A stretch of 64,000 bases of DNA from Thermoanaerobaculia bacterium (GCA_963664405.1 OY761158.1:5888001-5952000), one strand, 5' to 3'; counted from the stretch's first letter, positions 37,553 to 48,120 are shown. Numbers and translations: made by a program. Notes: generated by a model from the sequence alone, not told the origin.

Positions 37553-37721
37553 CGCAGATCCTGTGATTGTAGCGGATGTACCAAGGATGAAAAGTCGACG
37601 CAGTCTTCCGTCTCTGGAGCTTGACGCACCTTTTGGAGAATACGGCCGCTGTGGCTCGTTGGTTTTGCGGAGGAAGGTATTAGAGGCCTCGCGCCAAGCT
37701 CAGGAGCCGCTACCCGAGATA

Positions 37722-37758
37722 GGTATGACAGTTTTTGCTGGGTATGACAGTTTTTGCT
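37722..37758. repeat. Perfect 18-bp direct repeat x2 (19-bp period) upstream of the surface-protein array
   Basis: GGTATGACAGTTTTTGCT at 37722-37739 and 37741-37758. Confidence 0.9.
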
Positions 37759-38817
37759 ATTCGGGAACAGCCGCGCTGGTGATGAAACCCATCATCATCT
37801 CGTCCGTGCTCTCGCGACCGAAGGTCACGGGGCGCCTCGAGTCGAAGCCGTAAAACCGCGGCTCGCTCCGGCGTATTCTCGAACCAGGCGGTGTATTCGA
37901 TGCGGGTGCCGGCGGGCACGAACTTGAGATCACGGAAGCGGTAGACGGTCTGCCAGCTGAAATCGTAGTCGGGCACTTCGAGAAGAACCTCGCTGGTGCC
38001 GTCCGGATAGAAGGCCTCGAACTGAGCCCCGCTGCCGCGCATATGCATATGCGGCATCAGGTTGATGATCTCGGAATCTTTAGTGAAGGTTCTCGACACC
38101 GGCCCAAGCTGATGGCGCTCGGCGCCTGGCGGGATCTCGAAGCGGTAGACGCTGAGCGGTCCGTAGCCATCCATATTGCCGCCCATCTGGCGAGTTGGAG
38201 GCTTGTCGGTGAGCTTGAAACCGATATTGGAACGGTCCCCCGGGCTTGCACTGGAAGGCGGTGATCCACATGTCTCTGTCGAGCATCTCTTCTGTGAGGT
38301 CCACCGAGAAGGCGGCGTAGAGGTCGACGACGTCGTCGCTCACCCAGTAGCGCTCCGGCATGGGTACGACGAGATCGGGCTTGCCGATCATCCAGCCGTC
38401 CTGGTTCTCGAATCACTTGGCGGGCGGCGCGTCACTGGCGGCGCCGGCGGGGGAGCCTGAGGAGGCCCAACGCACCAGCATCTCTATCTGGTCGTCGCTG
38501 AGACTACGCTCGTTGAGGAAGACTCCTCTGTGCTTCGGATGCGCGTCCCAGGGCGGCATCTCGCGGCTGGTCACCGCCTTGGCGATGGACTTCGCCCACG
38601 GGCGGACCTCCTCGTAGGTCCGCAGCGCCATCGGAGCGAGCAGCCCGCCGTAGCTGGTGCCGGCTTCTCGATGACACTCTTGACAGTTCTCTTGGAGGAT
38701 CGGAAGCACCTCTCGGTAAAAGGTCAGTGTCGCAGCGTCGTTGGCGCCGGAGGCTGCTGCCAAACCAAGGAAGAGTGTCGCAGCAAGGCTACCGAGGAAG
38801 GCGAGGTTCTTGCTCAT
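37757..38817 (-). pseudogene. Cytochrome c + copper type II (PHM/DBH-like) monooxygenase-domain protein, disrupted
   Basis: Signal peptide, CQECH, MPPW; in-frame TGA at 38415-38413; apparent deletion junction KPG|DRSNIGF near 38240; PHMHMRG, YDFSWQ; extra T at 37852-37855 before TDEMMMGF...PE*. Confidence 0.8.
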
Positions 38818-38961
38818 TTGTCTGCAACAGGTGATTTGTGGATCGATCGCACGATTCTAGCCCATCGCAGGGCTTCGTCGAGCTCGTTTCGTATATCTTG
38901 GGCTTGCAGCCCGTCCGACCCCCCTGGGTTGGATGAGCCCTTCTCTCATCGGAGGCAGCGC

Positions 38962-39744
38962 TTGAGGTCGAAGAGCAGCATCTTGGTCGAGCAGAACGGC
39001 CCGGTCACAACCGTCGTGATCAACCGGCCAGAGGTGAAAAACGCACTGGATCGCGCCGCCAGTGTCGAGCTTGCGGAGGCTCTATTCGCCTTCGAGGAAG
39101 ACTCGAGCTCCCTCGCGGCGGTACTGACGGGCTCCGACGGGGCCTTTTGCGCCGGCGCCGACCTCAGCGAGCTGGCCACCGGTGAGATGTATGAGCCCTG
39201 GGCCGACAGCGCGAGGGGGCCGACCCGAATGATGCTTTCGAAGCCGATCCTTGCGGCAGTCGAGGGGCACGCCTGCGCCGGAGGTCTGGGCCTCGCTCTG
39301 AGCTGCGATCTCCGGGTGGTCGACGAGACCGCGGTTTTTGGTGTGTTCTCGAGACGCTGGGGAGTCCCTATGAGCGACGGGACGACCGTCCGCCTGCCGC
39401 GACTGGTGGGCCTGAGCCGCGCCCTGGATCTGCTGCTGACCGGCCGCGCGGTTGACGCGGAGGAGGCCCTGGCCATGGGGCTTGCGAATCGGCTGGCACC
39501 TCGGGGTCGAGCGCGGGAGGAAGCGGAGGCACTGGCCCACACCATTGCCGCCTTTCCTCAACCCGCCTTGATCTGCGATCGACGCAGTGCCTACGCCCAG
39601 TTCGATCTCGATATGCCGGGGGCTCTACATCAGGAGGCCGAAGGGAGCCGCCGAGTCCGGGAAGAGCATGCGGCTAGCGGAGCCGCTCGTTTCGCGGCGG
39701 GTGAGGGACGCCACGGAAAGGTGCCGGAAGACGACAGTGGCTGA
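38962..39744 (+). CDS. Enoyl-CoA hydratase/isomerase (crotonase) family protein
   Basis: INRPEVKNAL, FCAGADL, AGGLGLAL, RRWGVP..DG; GGAGG RBS before TTG. Confidence 0.9.
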   Translation: MRSKSSILVEQNGPVTTVVINRPEVKNALDRAASVELAEALFAFEEDSSSLAAVLTGSDGAFCAGADLSELATGEMYEPWADSARGPTRMMLSKPILAAVEGHACAGGLGLALSCDLRVVDETAVFGVFSRRWGVPMSDGTTVRLPRLVGLSRALDLLLTGRAVDAEEALAMGLANRLAPRGRAREEAEALAHTIAAFPQPALICDRRSAYAQFDLDMPGALHQEAEGSRRVREEHAASGAARFAAGEGRHGKVPEDDSG

Positions 39745-41002
39745 GCGCGACCGCGAGCTCGAGCGTTGGCGGGCTCTGGCGCGGGGCCTTGCACTCTTAT
39801 CGGGGTTGCTCGTAGTTGTTGTAACGGTTGTCTTGGTACGAGACTCGCGGAAAGTCCCGGCTCCGCCACCTCCTGTCGAAGAAGACGAGCCGAAGCTCGT
39901 CCTCGAGCCTGCCGCCTTCACCGATCTCTCTGGATGGGACGAGGATGATCTCGCGGGTTTCGGACTGGCCTTCGGAAGGTCGTGTGATGTCTTGGCTCGG
40001 CGCCCGGCGGAGACTCCTCTGAGCCGATCGGGCCTGGGCGGAACGGCGGGGGACTGGAGCCAGGTCTGTGATCGGGTCGCTGATGCGGGTGGCGATCCTG
40101 CTGCTTTGCGTGGCGTGCTCGCTCAGGAGCTCCGCCCCTGGTCGGTCCGCGACCGTGACTCCGCCGAGGGTCTCTTCACTGGTTACTACGAGCCCACTCT
40201 GCAGGGTAGCCGGCAGCGTAGCGAGCGCTACAAGGTTGCCCTTTACCGCCGTCCCGCTGAGCTACTCACAGTCGACCTCGGCTCGTTCCGCGACGATCTC
40301 CGTGGACGCAGAGTGGCTGGGAGAGTCGAGGGGACTCGTCTGGTGCCTTTCGCTGACCGCGCTGCCGTGGATGGCGGAGCCCTCGAGGGGCGCGGACTCG
40401 AGCTGGTCTGGGTCTCGGATCCCGTCGACGCTTTCTTCCTGCACATCCAAGGATCGGGAAGAGTCGAGCTCGAAGGCTCAGGCTTCTTGCGGGTTGGCTA
40501 TGCGGGGCAGAACGGCCATCCCTATTACGCCATCGGGCGGGAGCTGGTGGCTCGCGAGCAGCTCGCGCTCGAAGATGTCTCGATGCAGTCGATTCGAGCC
40601 TGGCTAGCGGATCATCCGGAGGAGGCGACGGAGGTGATGCAGCGTAACGCTTCCTTCGTCTTCTTTCGAGAGCTCGAGGGAGAGGGGCCGGTGGGGAGTC
40701 AGGGTGTGGCGCTGACTCCTGAAAGGTCGCTGGCGCTGGATCGTACTTTCTATCCCTTGGGTCTGCCGATCTGGTTGGATACGGCCCCCTCGACGGAGGA
40801 AGCCGAGGGCCCCGACCTGGCGGTCCAGAGACTGGTCGTCGCACAGGACAGCGGTGGCGCTATCCGCGGGCCGGTGCGGGGAGATCTGTTCTGGGGGCAC
40901 GGAGAATCGGCCGCCACCATCGCCGGACATATGCGACACTCGGGGAGGATGTGGATCCTGCTCCCGCGGCACCTCGAGCCCCCCGACGAGGTTCGAGGCT
41001 GA
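39737..41002 (+). CDS. mltA: Membrane-bound lytic murein transglycosylase A
   Basis: N-terminal TM, FTGYYEP, FFLHIQGSG, NGHPY, SLALD, AQDSGGAIRG..RGDLFWG (3D domain). Confidence 0.92.
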   Translation: MAERDRELERWRALARGLALLSGLLVVVVTVVLVRDSRKVPAPPPPVEEDEPKLVLEPAAFTDLSGWDEDDLAGFGLAFGRSCDVLARRPAETPLSRSGLGGTAGDWSQVCDRVADAGGDPAALRGVLAQELRPWSVRDRDSAEGLFTGYYEPTLQGSRQRSERYKVALYRRPAELLTVDLGSFRDDLRGRRVAGRVEGTRLVPFADRAAVDGGALEGRGLELVWVSDPVDAFFLHIQGSGRVELEGSGFLRVGYAGQNGHPYYAIGRELVAREQLALEDVSMQSIRAWLADHPEEATEVMQRNASFVFFRELEGEGPVGSQGVALTPERSLALDRTFYPLGLPIWLDTAPSTEEAEGPDLAVQRLVVAQDSGGAIRGPVRGDLFWGHGESAATIAGHMRHSGRMWILLPRHLEPPDEVRG

Positions 41003-41005
41003 GAG

Positions 41006-41416
41006 CTACGCTCCGGGTGAGAGCTCCTCTGGGCGATCGCTCGCTTCCTTGGCGGCAAGGGTGTACCAATACGCCCAGAGGATCAGCAGCCCCTGGGCAG
41101 GGAAGCGCAGCCACAGGAAGCTGGTGGGGATCTCGGTGTAGAGGTGATTGTTGATCAGCATATGCACGTGCACCGGTAGGAAGACCAGGAGCATGAGGAT
41201 GATTCCCCAGGCGGCGAGGCGAGCGCTCCGCGGCGTGGCGGCCATGATCCCGAGGACGATCTCGGCGATGCCACTGAGGTAGACGAGTTGTTGGTGCATC
41301 GGAAGATACGGCGGCATTATTGATAGGTAGAACTCCGGATCGCGGAAATGGTTGACGCCAGCGACGACGTAGAACACTGCCATGCCGACGCGCAGGACCG
41401 CCTTCAGGATTTTCAT
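41006..41416 (-). CDS. DoxX-like membrane protein
   Basis: AGVNHF, MPPYLP, SGIAEI; four TM helices. Confidence 0.8.
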   Translation of the reverse strand: MKILKAVLRVGMAVFYVVAGVNHFRDPEFYLSIMPPYLPMHQQLVYLSGIAEIVLGIMAATPRSARLAAWGIILMLLVFLPVHVHMLINNHLYTEIPTSFLWLRFPAQGLLILWAYWYTLAAKEASDRPEELSPGA

Positions 41417-41533
41417 CGACTCGCCTCCCGGGGGTTCGAGTCGTCAGTATAGCTTCGCGGGTCGGCGCAGATCGAGGCCGAGGCCTGTCTTGACCGAGAG
41501 GCTGGCGTTCTCCACAATGAGAGCTCTGTGCAG

Positions 41534-43663
41534 ATGAGATCGACCCTTGCGTGGTTCCTTTTGCTGGCACTGGTGTCCTGTTCGGAGGAGCCGCCTGCTG
41601 GCGAGGTCGAGCCCTTTGATATAGAGGACCGCGTGCGCCGAGCCACCAGAACTGTCGATGACGTGCGCGTTACGTCGGCGGCGGACGCAGAGCCCGGCAA
41701 CTGGCTCGCCCACGGCCGGACCTACGACGAGCAACGTTTCTCTCCTCTCGATCAGATCGATGACAGTAATGTCGATGACCTGGGCTTGGCTTGGTACTAC
41801 GACACCGGTAACGATCGCGGCCACGAGGCGAGTCCGATCGTCATAGACGGCATCATGTTTCTGACCGCTTCTTGGAGCGTGGTTCATGCTCTCGACGCTC
41901 GCAGCGGCGAGGCGATCTGGACGTATGACCCCCAGGTGCGCGGCGAGGTCGCTCGTTGGGCTTGCTGTGATGTCGTCAACCGAGGTGTGGCGGTGTGGAA
42001 GGGGAAGGTCTACGTCGGGGCCCTCGATGGCCGCTTGATCGCACTGGAGGCCCACACCGGCGAGCCGGTATGGGAGGTGCAGACCACAGACCCCGAGAAG
42101 CCCTACACCATCACCGGCGCGCCACGTGTAGTGAAAGACAGGGTTGTCATCGGCAATGGCGGCGCCGAATTCGGCGTTCGAGGCTACGTCACTGCCTACG
42201 ACGCCGAGAGCGGTGAGCGGGCGTGGCGCTTCTACACAGTGCCGGGAGACCCGGCCGAGCCTTTCGAGCACAAAGAGCTCGAACGTGCCGCCATCACTTG
42301 GAGCGGTGAGTGGTGGAAGGTCGGAGGCGGCGGCACCGCCTGGGACTCGATGGCTTACGACTCCGACTTGGATCTGCTCTATGTCGGTACCGGCAATGGC
42401 TCACCTTGGACTCGAGTGCACCGCAGTCCCGGCGGCGGCGACAACCTATACCTCTCTTCGATCCTCGCTCTCGAGCCCGACACCGGCAAACTGGTCTGGC
42501 ACTTTCAGACCACCCCAGGAGACAACTGGGACTACACCGCGACCCAGCACATCATACTCGCGGATCTCGAAATCGAGGGCCAGGTCCGTCAGGTGCTGAT
42601 GCAGGCGCCGAAGAACGGATTTTTCTATGTTCTCGATCGCGCTACCGGCGAGCTACTCTCGGCCGAGAACTACGTCAAGACGACTTGGGCGAGCCACGTC
42701 GACCTAGTGACCGGTCGACCGGCCGAGCTGCCGGAAGGAACCTACGACGAGGAGGCGCGGGTGGTATTTCCCGGGCCCACCGGCGGCCACAACTGGCATC
42801 CGATGTCCTACAGCCCGGACACCGGCCTGGTTTACATCCCCGCACGCGAGCAGTCCCTCACCTATTTGGCGCTGGCTGAGTTCAGCTACGACCCGAGGAC
42901 GTGGAACCTCGGTCTCGACGTACCTTCCCTTCTCGATCTCGAGCCCGACCCGGCGGCGCCGGTACCGGTCGGCAAACTACTGGCCTGGGATCCGGTGGCG
43001 CAGAGAGAGGTGTGGAGCCTCGACCAGCCGGGTGCGGTCAACGGAGGCACGCTGGCGACGGCAGGGAATCTCGTGTTCCAGGGCACCTCGGATGGCCTCT
43101 TCGTGGCCCACCGAGCTGACACCGGCGAGAATCTCTGGGAGGTGAGCACTCATGTCGGCATCATCGCTCCGCCGGTGAGCTATGCCATTGATGGCGAGCA
43201 GTACGTCGCGGTGCTCGCCGGCTGGGGCGGAAATGTGATCACCAGCGGAGACTCCGGCGTTCCCGCGGCATCTATGTACCAGAACCCGGGTCGTCTCTTT
43301 GTCTTCGCGCTGGACGCCAAGGCCGCAATGCCCGAGGTGCCGCAGCGAGATCTCGAGATTCCGGAGCCACCGGTTCTCACCGCATCGGACGAGACCCTCG
43401 AGGAGGGGAAACTGCTTTTCAATAGCTACTGCGGCTGGTGCCATGGCTTCATGGCTGTCGGCAGCGGAGTGGTCCGCGATCTTCGTTATTCGAGCGCCGC
43501 GGTGCATGACAGTTGGCAGGAGATCGTGCGCGGCGGCAGCCACCGTGGTGGCGGCATGGCGAGCTATCGTGATCTCCTCTCTGCCGAAGAAGCGGAGGCC
43601 ATTCGCGCCTATGTGGCTCATCGCGCCGGCCAGGACCGGCAACTGACCGCAACAACAGATTGA
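41534..43663 (+). CDS. Type II quinohemoprotein (PQQ + heme c) alcohol dehydrogenase, lipoprotein
   Basis: Lipobox [37 protein letters not shown]-terminal CGWCH. Confidence 0.93.
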   Translation: MRSTLAWFLLLALVSCSEEPPAGEVEPFDIEDRVRRATRTVDDVRVTSAADAEPGNWLAHGRTYDEQRFSPLDQIDDSNVDDLGLAWYYDTGNDRGHEASPIVIDGIMFLTASWSVVHALDARSGEAIWTYDPQVRGEVARWACCDVVNRGVAVWKGKVYVGALDGRLIALEAHTGEPVWEVQTTDPEKPYTITGAPRVVKDRVVIGNGGAEFGVRGYVTAYDAESGERAWRFYTVPGDPAEPFEHKELERAAITWSGEWWKVGGGGTAWDSMAYDSDLDLLYVGTGNGSPWTRVHRSPGGGDNLYLSSILALEPDTGKLVWHFQTTPGDNWDYTATQHIILADLEIEGQVRQVLMQAPKNGFFYVLDRATGELLSAENYVKTTWASHVDLVTGRPAELPEGTYDEEARVVFPGPTGGHNWHPMSYSPDTGLVYIPAREQSLTYLALAEFSYDPRTWNLGLDVPSLLDLEPDPAAPVPVGKLLAWDPVAQREVWSLDQPGAVNGGTLATAGNLVFQGTSDGLFVAHRADTGENLWEVSTHVGIIAPPVSYAIDGEQYVAVLAGWGGNVITSGDSGVPAASMYQNPGRLFVFALDAKAAMPEVPQRDLEIPEPPVLTASDETLEEGKLLFNSYCGWCHGFMAVGSGVVRDLRYSSAAVHDSWQEIVRGGSHRGGGMASYRDLLSAEEAEAIRAYVAHRAGQDRQLTATTD

Positions 43664-43679
43664 GTCCGACTCGAGGGGG

Positions 43680-44624
43680 ATGATGACGACATACAAGAAA
43701 GGCGTGCATGATCTCGGCAACGGTTTGTGGGCCTACCTACAACCGGACGGAGGCTGGGGGTGGTCGAACGCGGGGTTGGTGGTCGATGGTGATCAGTCCC
43801 TTCTCGTCGACACCCTCTTCGATCTCGAATTGACTGGGGAGATGCTCGCGGCGATGCGCGACCTAACGCCGGCCGCGGCGTCGATCGACACTCTGGTGAA
43901 CACTCATTCCAATGGTGACCACACCTTCGGCAATGAGCTGGTCTCGGGGGCTCGTATCGTTGCTTCTCAGGCGTGCGCCGAAGAGATGGCCGCCGGCGGG
44001 CCCGACCGCCTGCTCCAGCTCCAGCAGCAGTCGTCCGAGATGGGAGAGGTCGGGGACTATCTGCAGCGGATCTTTGGACACTTCAATTTTGCCGGCGTAC
44101 ATCTGACGCCTCCGACCGAGACCTTCTCAAAAGAGGCCACTCTCGAAGTCGGGGACAAAGAGGTTAGGCTTATCGAGGTTGGCCCTGCCCATACGCGAGG
44201 GGACATTCTCGTACACTTGCCCGAGGAGCGGACGGTGTTTACCGGCGACATCCTGTTCATCGAGGGGCATCCGATCATTTGGGCCGGGCCGGTTGAGAAC
44301 TGGCTGCGTGCCTGCGATCGTATAGTCGAGATGGATGTCGACTCGATCGTGCCTGGGCATGGTCCTCTAACCGACAAGGACGGTGTGAGGGCTCTGCGTG
44401 GGTACTTCGAGTACATCGCCCGCGAGGCCCGCAAGCGCTACGATGCCGGGCTCTCGGCGAGTGAGGCTGCCAACGACATCGCCCTCGACGACTACAGCTC
44501 CTGGGGCGACGCCGAGCGCATCGTCATCAACGTGCACTCGCTTTATCGCGAGTTCTCCGGTGATCCGACTCCTACCAGCCAGGCCGTCCTCTTCGCCGAG
44601 ATGGCCAAATTGGCAAAGCCCTGA
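43680..44624 (+). CDS. MBL-fold metallohydrolase (cyclase-like)
   Basis: THSNGDH, AHTRGD, FTGD, PGHG. Confidence 0.88.
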   Translation: MMTTYKKGVHDLGNGLWAYLQPDGGWGWSNAGLVVDGDQSLLVDTLFDLELTGEMLAAMRDLTPAAASIDTLVNTHSNGDHTFGNELVSGARIVASQACAEEMAAGGPDRLLQLQQQSSEMGEVGDYLQRIFGHFNFAGVHLTPPTETFSKEATLEVGDKEVRLIEVGPAHTRGDILVHLPEERTVFTGDILFIEGHPIIWAGPVENWLRACDRIVEMDVDSIVPGHGPLTDKDGVRALRGYFEYIAREARKRYDAGLSASEAANDIALDDYSSWGDAERIVINVHSLYREFSGDPTPTSQAVLFAEMAKLAKP

Positions 44625-44697
44625 TCTCGCGCCCACTCGGTCACCTCGGTGACTCCGAGCAGCGATCCTCCGCTTCGCTAGAATTTCAGTCGAGCTG

Positions 44698-46065
44698 ATG
44701 AAGAAACTCGTAGTCGTTGGTGGGGGGATCTCTGGTCTTGCGGCGGCACGCGCCGCTGCCGATGCGGCCGGTCCCGGAGCGTTGGACATCCAGGTGCTGG
44801 AAAAGGAGGGCAGGGTAGGCGGCAAGGCGAGAACCGTGTCGCGGGACGGCTGGGTAGTCGAGTGCGGGGTCAATGGATACCTCGCCCCTGATCCATCGCT
44901 CGAGCGACTGGTTCGGAGCGCGGGGCTCGAGACGTCGACAATCGCGGCCGACGCCGCCGCGGCCAAGCGTTTCGTGGTTCGGGGCGGTACCCTGCGCCAG
45001 GTCGCGGCTCATCCTCTGCGCTTTGCGAGGGCTGGAATCCTAGGGCCGGGGGGTCTCCTTCGTATCCTGGCCGAGCCATTCATCCCCGCAAGCAAAGATT
45101 CGGAGGCCGAGAGCGTCTGGCACTTCGCACGGCGCAGGTTGGGTCGACAAGCCGCCGATAGGCTGGTGTCGCCGATGGTCCTTGGCGTCTTTGCCGGCGA
45201 TGCCAAGCGCTTGTCGGTCGAAGCCGCCTTTCCGCGACTGGTCGAGCTGGAGCAGCGGCATGGCTCTCTGGCGCGAGGGATGATGGCCCTTCGCCGCAAG
45301 AGAGGTGGTGGAGGGCCGGCGGGTCCGGGTGGCGAGCTCACCTCCTTCGCCGCCGGGATGGCTACTCTGCCCGAGGCGCTTGCCCACGGCCCCTATGAGG
45401 TGCGCAAGCGAGCGGGTGTCGAAGCCCTTCACTCGAGAGAGGAGGGAGGCTTCCGCTTGAGCGTAGAGGGTGAGCAGATCGAGGCCGATGCCGTGATCCT
45501 GGCCTGCGAAGCTTGGGTGTCGGCGGGCCTGCTGGCTTCTGTCGCTCCGGTAGCTGCCGCCAGTCTGGGCGAGATCACCTACCCCCCGGTGGCGGTGGTG
45601 GCTCTGGGCTACGGGGAGCAAGCGGTCTCCCAGCTGCCGCGTGGCTTCGGCGTTCTCATTCCTCGTGGCGAGGGGTACCGAAGTCTGGGCTTCCTCTGGG
45701 ACAGTTTCATCTTTTCGGGTCGCAGCGCCGACGGCACTCTGCTGTTGAGAGCCATGCTTGGCGGCGCCGTGGATCCGGCGGTGGCAGGCGAGGACGAAGA
45801 AGGGCTACTCGCCATCGTCGAGAGCGAGGTTCAGCGCCTCTTTGGCATCTCGACGACGCCTCTCTTCAAGCATGTCCACCGCTGGGAGCGGGCGATACCG
45901 CAGTATGAGCTCGGGCACTTGGAGCTCGCGCGCATCGTCGAGCGCGAGCTGGCGGGTATCCCCGGCCTCTTTCTCGCAGGGAATGCGTTGCACGGTATTG
46001 CCTTTGCGAAGGCTGCCGCCGCGGGCCTAAAGGCGGGTGAGGCGGCGGCTCAGCTGCTGGCTTAG
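44698..46065 (+). CDS. hemY: Proto/coproporphyrinogen oxidase (HemY type)
   Basis: GGGISGL, GGK, ESV..FARRRLG, GFGVLIP, AIPQY..GH. Confidence 0.88.
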   Translation: MKKLVVVGGGISGLAAARAAADAAGPGALDIQVLEKEGRVGGKARTVSRDGWVVECGVNGYLAPDPSLERLVRSAGLETSTIAADAAAAKRFVVRGGTLRQVAAHPLRFARAGILGPGGLLRILAEPFIPASKDSEAESVWHFARRRLGRQAADRLVSPMVLGVFAGDAKRLSVEAAFPRLVELEQRHGSLARGMMALRRKRGGGGPAGPGGELTSFAAGMATLPEALAHGPYEVRKRAGVEALHSREEGGFRLSVEGEQIEADAVILACEAWVSAGLLASVAPVAAASLGEITYPPVAVVALGYGEQAVSQLPRGFGVLIPRGEGYRSLGFLWDSFIFSGRSADGTLLLRAMLGGAVDPAVAGEDEEGLLAIVESEVQRLFGISTTPLFKHVHRWERAIPQYELGHLELARIVERELAGIPGLFLAGNALHGIAFAKAAAAGLKAGEAAAQLLA

Positions 46066-46484
46066 GAAGTAGCGCTCTCGTCTGTGGCGCGGATTACCTT
46101 CACCGCCTCCGTAGCCAGGGTGTTGACCAGGATTCCTTCGGTGTTGGCTTGCGGATCCGCAGGGTAGAGCCAGAAATGGGTCCGGTCAGGGGAGTATCCT
46201 TTGGAGAGGCCGATAATGGTCTCTCCGTCACGAAATCTGACGCTGAGCTTGGTATCCAGATCGCCGACTTCCTCGTCGTAGGACTCCTGATAGCTGGGAT
46301 CTCCCTGGTAGCTCTTGACGAAGAACACCCCCTTGAGCTCGGCAATCTCGACGGCGACACTTTCGTTGGTCACGAGCTCCTTGAGGTGGAAGGTCTCGCC
46401 GCCGGAGAAGGGATCCTCGCTGATCCCCTTGAGCAACCTACCGTCGAGGAAGTGGACGACGATCTTTGCGCTGATCTCGGTCAT
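46062..46484 (-). CDS. Conserved hypothetical protein (DUF6982-like)
   Basis: KIVVHFLDGRLLKG, LKGVFFVK, V.F.DGE...G, F.LYPAD...N. Confidence 0.65.
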   Translation of the reverse strand: MTEISAKIVVHFLDGRLLKGISEDPFSGGETFHLKELVTNESVAVEIAELKGVFFVKSYQGDPSYQESYDEEVGDLDTKLSVRFRDGETIIGLSKGYSPDRTHFWLYPADPQANTEGILVNTLATEAVKVIRATDESATS

Positions 46485-47878
46485 TCTCGGGTCGAGGCGG
46501 CCTCCAACACTCTACCTGGGTTGAGGATCCACTTGGGGTCTAAGGTCTGCTTCAATGAGCGCATCAATGAGATCTCGGCCTCAGTGCGGCTCAAAGGGAG
46601 ATAGGGACGCTTTTCGGTGCCGATGCCGTGCTCTGCCGACACCGATCCACCACACTCTTGGAGCGGACCGTAGACGAAACTCGACACCTTGCGATGGCTC
46701 TCCCCATCGCCACTGCCGACGCCGACGACGATATGCAGATTACCGTCGCCGAGATGCCCGAAGATGACGACCTTCGGCTCAGGCCAGTTTTCGGCCAATC
46801 CGCTGCGAACCTTTTCGAGGTAGGACGGCATGTCGGGGATCCCGAGACTGATGTCGTAGGTGAAAATGGGACCCAAGCGGCTCATCTGCTCCACATCGTC
46901 GCGCATCGCCCACAAACGGTCGCGCTCGCTGCGGGAAGTCGCAAGCACCGCGTCGGCGATGAGATCGTTCTCCATGCATTCTCCGAGAACACTCTCGAAG
47001 CGCTCGCTGTCGTTTTTCTGGTCCGAGCCCAGAGCCTCGACGAGCACATAGAAAGGATAGCCGTAGGTGAGAGGCGGGCGGTTGAGGGCCGGCTCGGTGG
47101 TTACCAGCTCGTAGAATTCCTTCCACATCACTTCGAATGCGCTGAGGTCGCCCCCGAGGCTGACTTCTACCGCCGCCAAGAGCGCGGTGAGCTTGTCGAA
47201 GTCGGTGACGCCGAGGAGCGCCGCGTTATGGCTACGGGGCTGGGGGCGGAGGCGCAACACGGCCCGCGTGACGATGCCGAGGGTGCCCTCTGAGCCGATG
47301 AAGAGGTGCTTGAGATCGTAGCCGGCGTTGTTCTTGATCATCTTGTTCATCGATGAGAGCACCGTGCCATCGGCGAGCACTGCCTCGATGCCGAGCACCA
47401 TGTCGCGGGTCATGCCGTAGCGAATGACTCTGTTGCCACCGGCGTTGGTGGAGATATTTCCACCGATGGTGCAGGAGCCTCGAGCGCCGAGATCGAGTGG
47501 GAAGAGCAGACCGTGCTCGTCGGCCGCCTCCTGGACCGCTTGAAGTGGGACTCCGGCCTCGACGGTCATGGTTCGGGTCGCCGGCTCGACGCTCTCGATC
47601 TTGGTCATCCGCTCGAGTGAAATGGCGATCTCGGTCGGCGCCGGAATCGTTCCTCGAACCAGGCCGGTAAGGCCGCCCTGCGGAACGACCGGCTGGCCGG
47701 CTTCGTTGCAGAGACGCAGAAGAGTCGACACTTCCTGCGTACTCGCCGGCCGCACGACGGCCATCGCTTCGCAGGGGCCCGAAACGAGCCACCCGAGTGC
47801 ACGGCTGCGAACATCTTCGCCTTGGAGGACTGCATCCGCTCCGAATTCTTCGATCATCTTGTTGACCAGCTCGCTCAT
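46481..47878 (-). CDS. FAD-linked oxidase, D-2-hydroxyacid dehydrogenase-like (FAD_binding_4 / FAD-oxidase_C)
   Basis: PQGGLTG, TIGGNISTNAGG, IGSEGTLG, GHLGDGNLH, SAEHGIG, LNPG. Confidence 0.92.
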   Translation of the reverse strand: MSELVNKMIEEFGADAVLQGEDVRSRALGWLVSGPCEAMAVVRPASTQEVSTLLRLCNEAGQPVVPQGGLTGLVRGTIPAPTEIAISLERMTKIESVEPATRTMTVEAGVPLQAVQEAADEHGLLFPLDLGARGSCTIGGNISTNAGGNRVIRYGMTRDMVLGIEAVLADGTVLSSMNKMIKNNAGYDLKHLFIGSEGTLGIVTRAVLRLRPQPRSHNAALLGVTDFDKLTALLAAVEVSLGGDLSAFEVMWKEFYELVTTEPALNRPPLTYGYPFYVLVEALGSDQKNDSERFESVLGECMENDLIADAVLATSRSERDRLWAMRDDVEQMSRLGPIFTYDISLGIPDMPSYLEKVRSGLAENWPEPKVVIFGHLGDGNLHIVVGVGSGDGESHRKVSSFVYGPLQECGGSVSAEHGIGTEKRPYLPLSRTEAEISLMRSLKQTLDPKWILNPGRVLEAASTRE

Positions 47879-47963
47879 CGTTCGTGCCTCCCTTGACGAG
47901 TTGGCATTGTAGCCGGATCATGCCCCCTTTCGTTGGACATGGAGGCGTGGAAGGAAAGAGACG

Positions 47964-48120
47964 ATGCAGACCAGGTGGGCGCCTCTGACGGTTGTCAGCC
48001 TGCTGAGCGGGCTCCTCGCTGTGGCCCCCTCGTGATGGCTCAGGGCGCGTCTGAAGCGAAAGAGCCGGCCCCGTTCCCGCCACAGCCGAGGCTGAGGAAG
48101 AGAGAGAGTGAGACGGGGGC
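47964..48120 (+). pseudogene. Orphan signal-peptide relic of a secreted protein
   Basis: AGGAAAGAG RBS, then MQTRWAPLTVVSLLSGLLAVAP, a frameshift in the C5 run at 48025-48029, VMA/QGASEAKEPAP..., and no protein body. Confidence 0.5.

Noticed and set aside
37722-37758. Direct repeat as a mini-CRISPR
   Set aside because: Only two 18-bp copies separated by 1 bp, with no spacers and no cas genes.
38413-38415. In-frame TGA as selenocysteine or recoded stop
   Set aside because: It falls in a Pro-rich linker where no Cys is expected, the same gene has two other lesions, and TGA is used as a normal stop throughout the window.
38962-39744. Crotonase as 4-chlorobenzoyl-CoA dehalogenase partnering the ligase at 48135
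   Set aside because: It has the RRWGVP..DG signature of an ordinary crotonase subfamily, lacks a recognisable dehalogenase His/Trp/Asp set, and lies more than 8 kb away.
41534-43663. Lanthanide-dependent PQQ dehydrogenase
   Set aside because: The active-site motif is WDYT rather than the D-x-D needed for lanthanide binding; it fits a Ca2+ type II quinohemoprotein.
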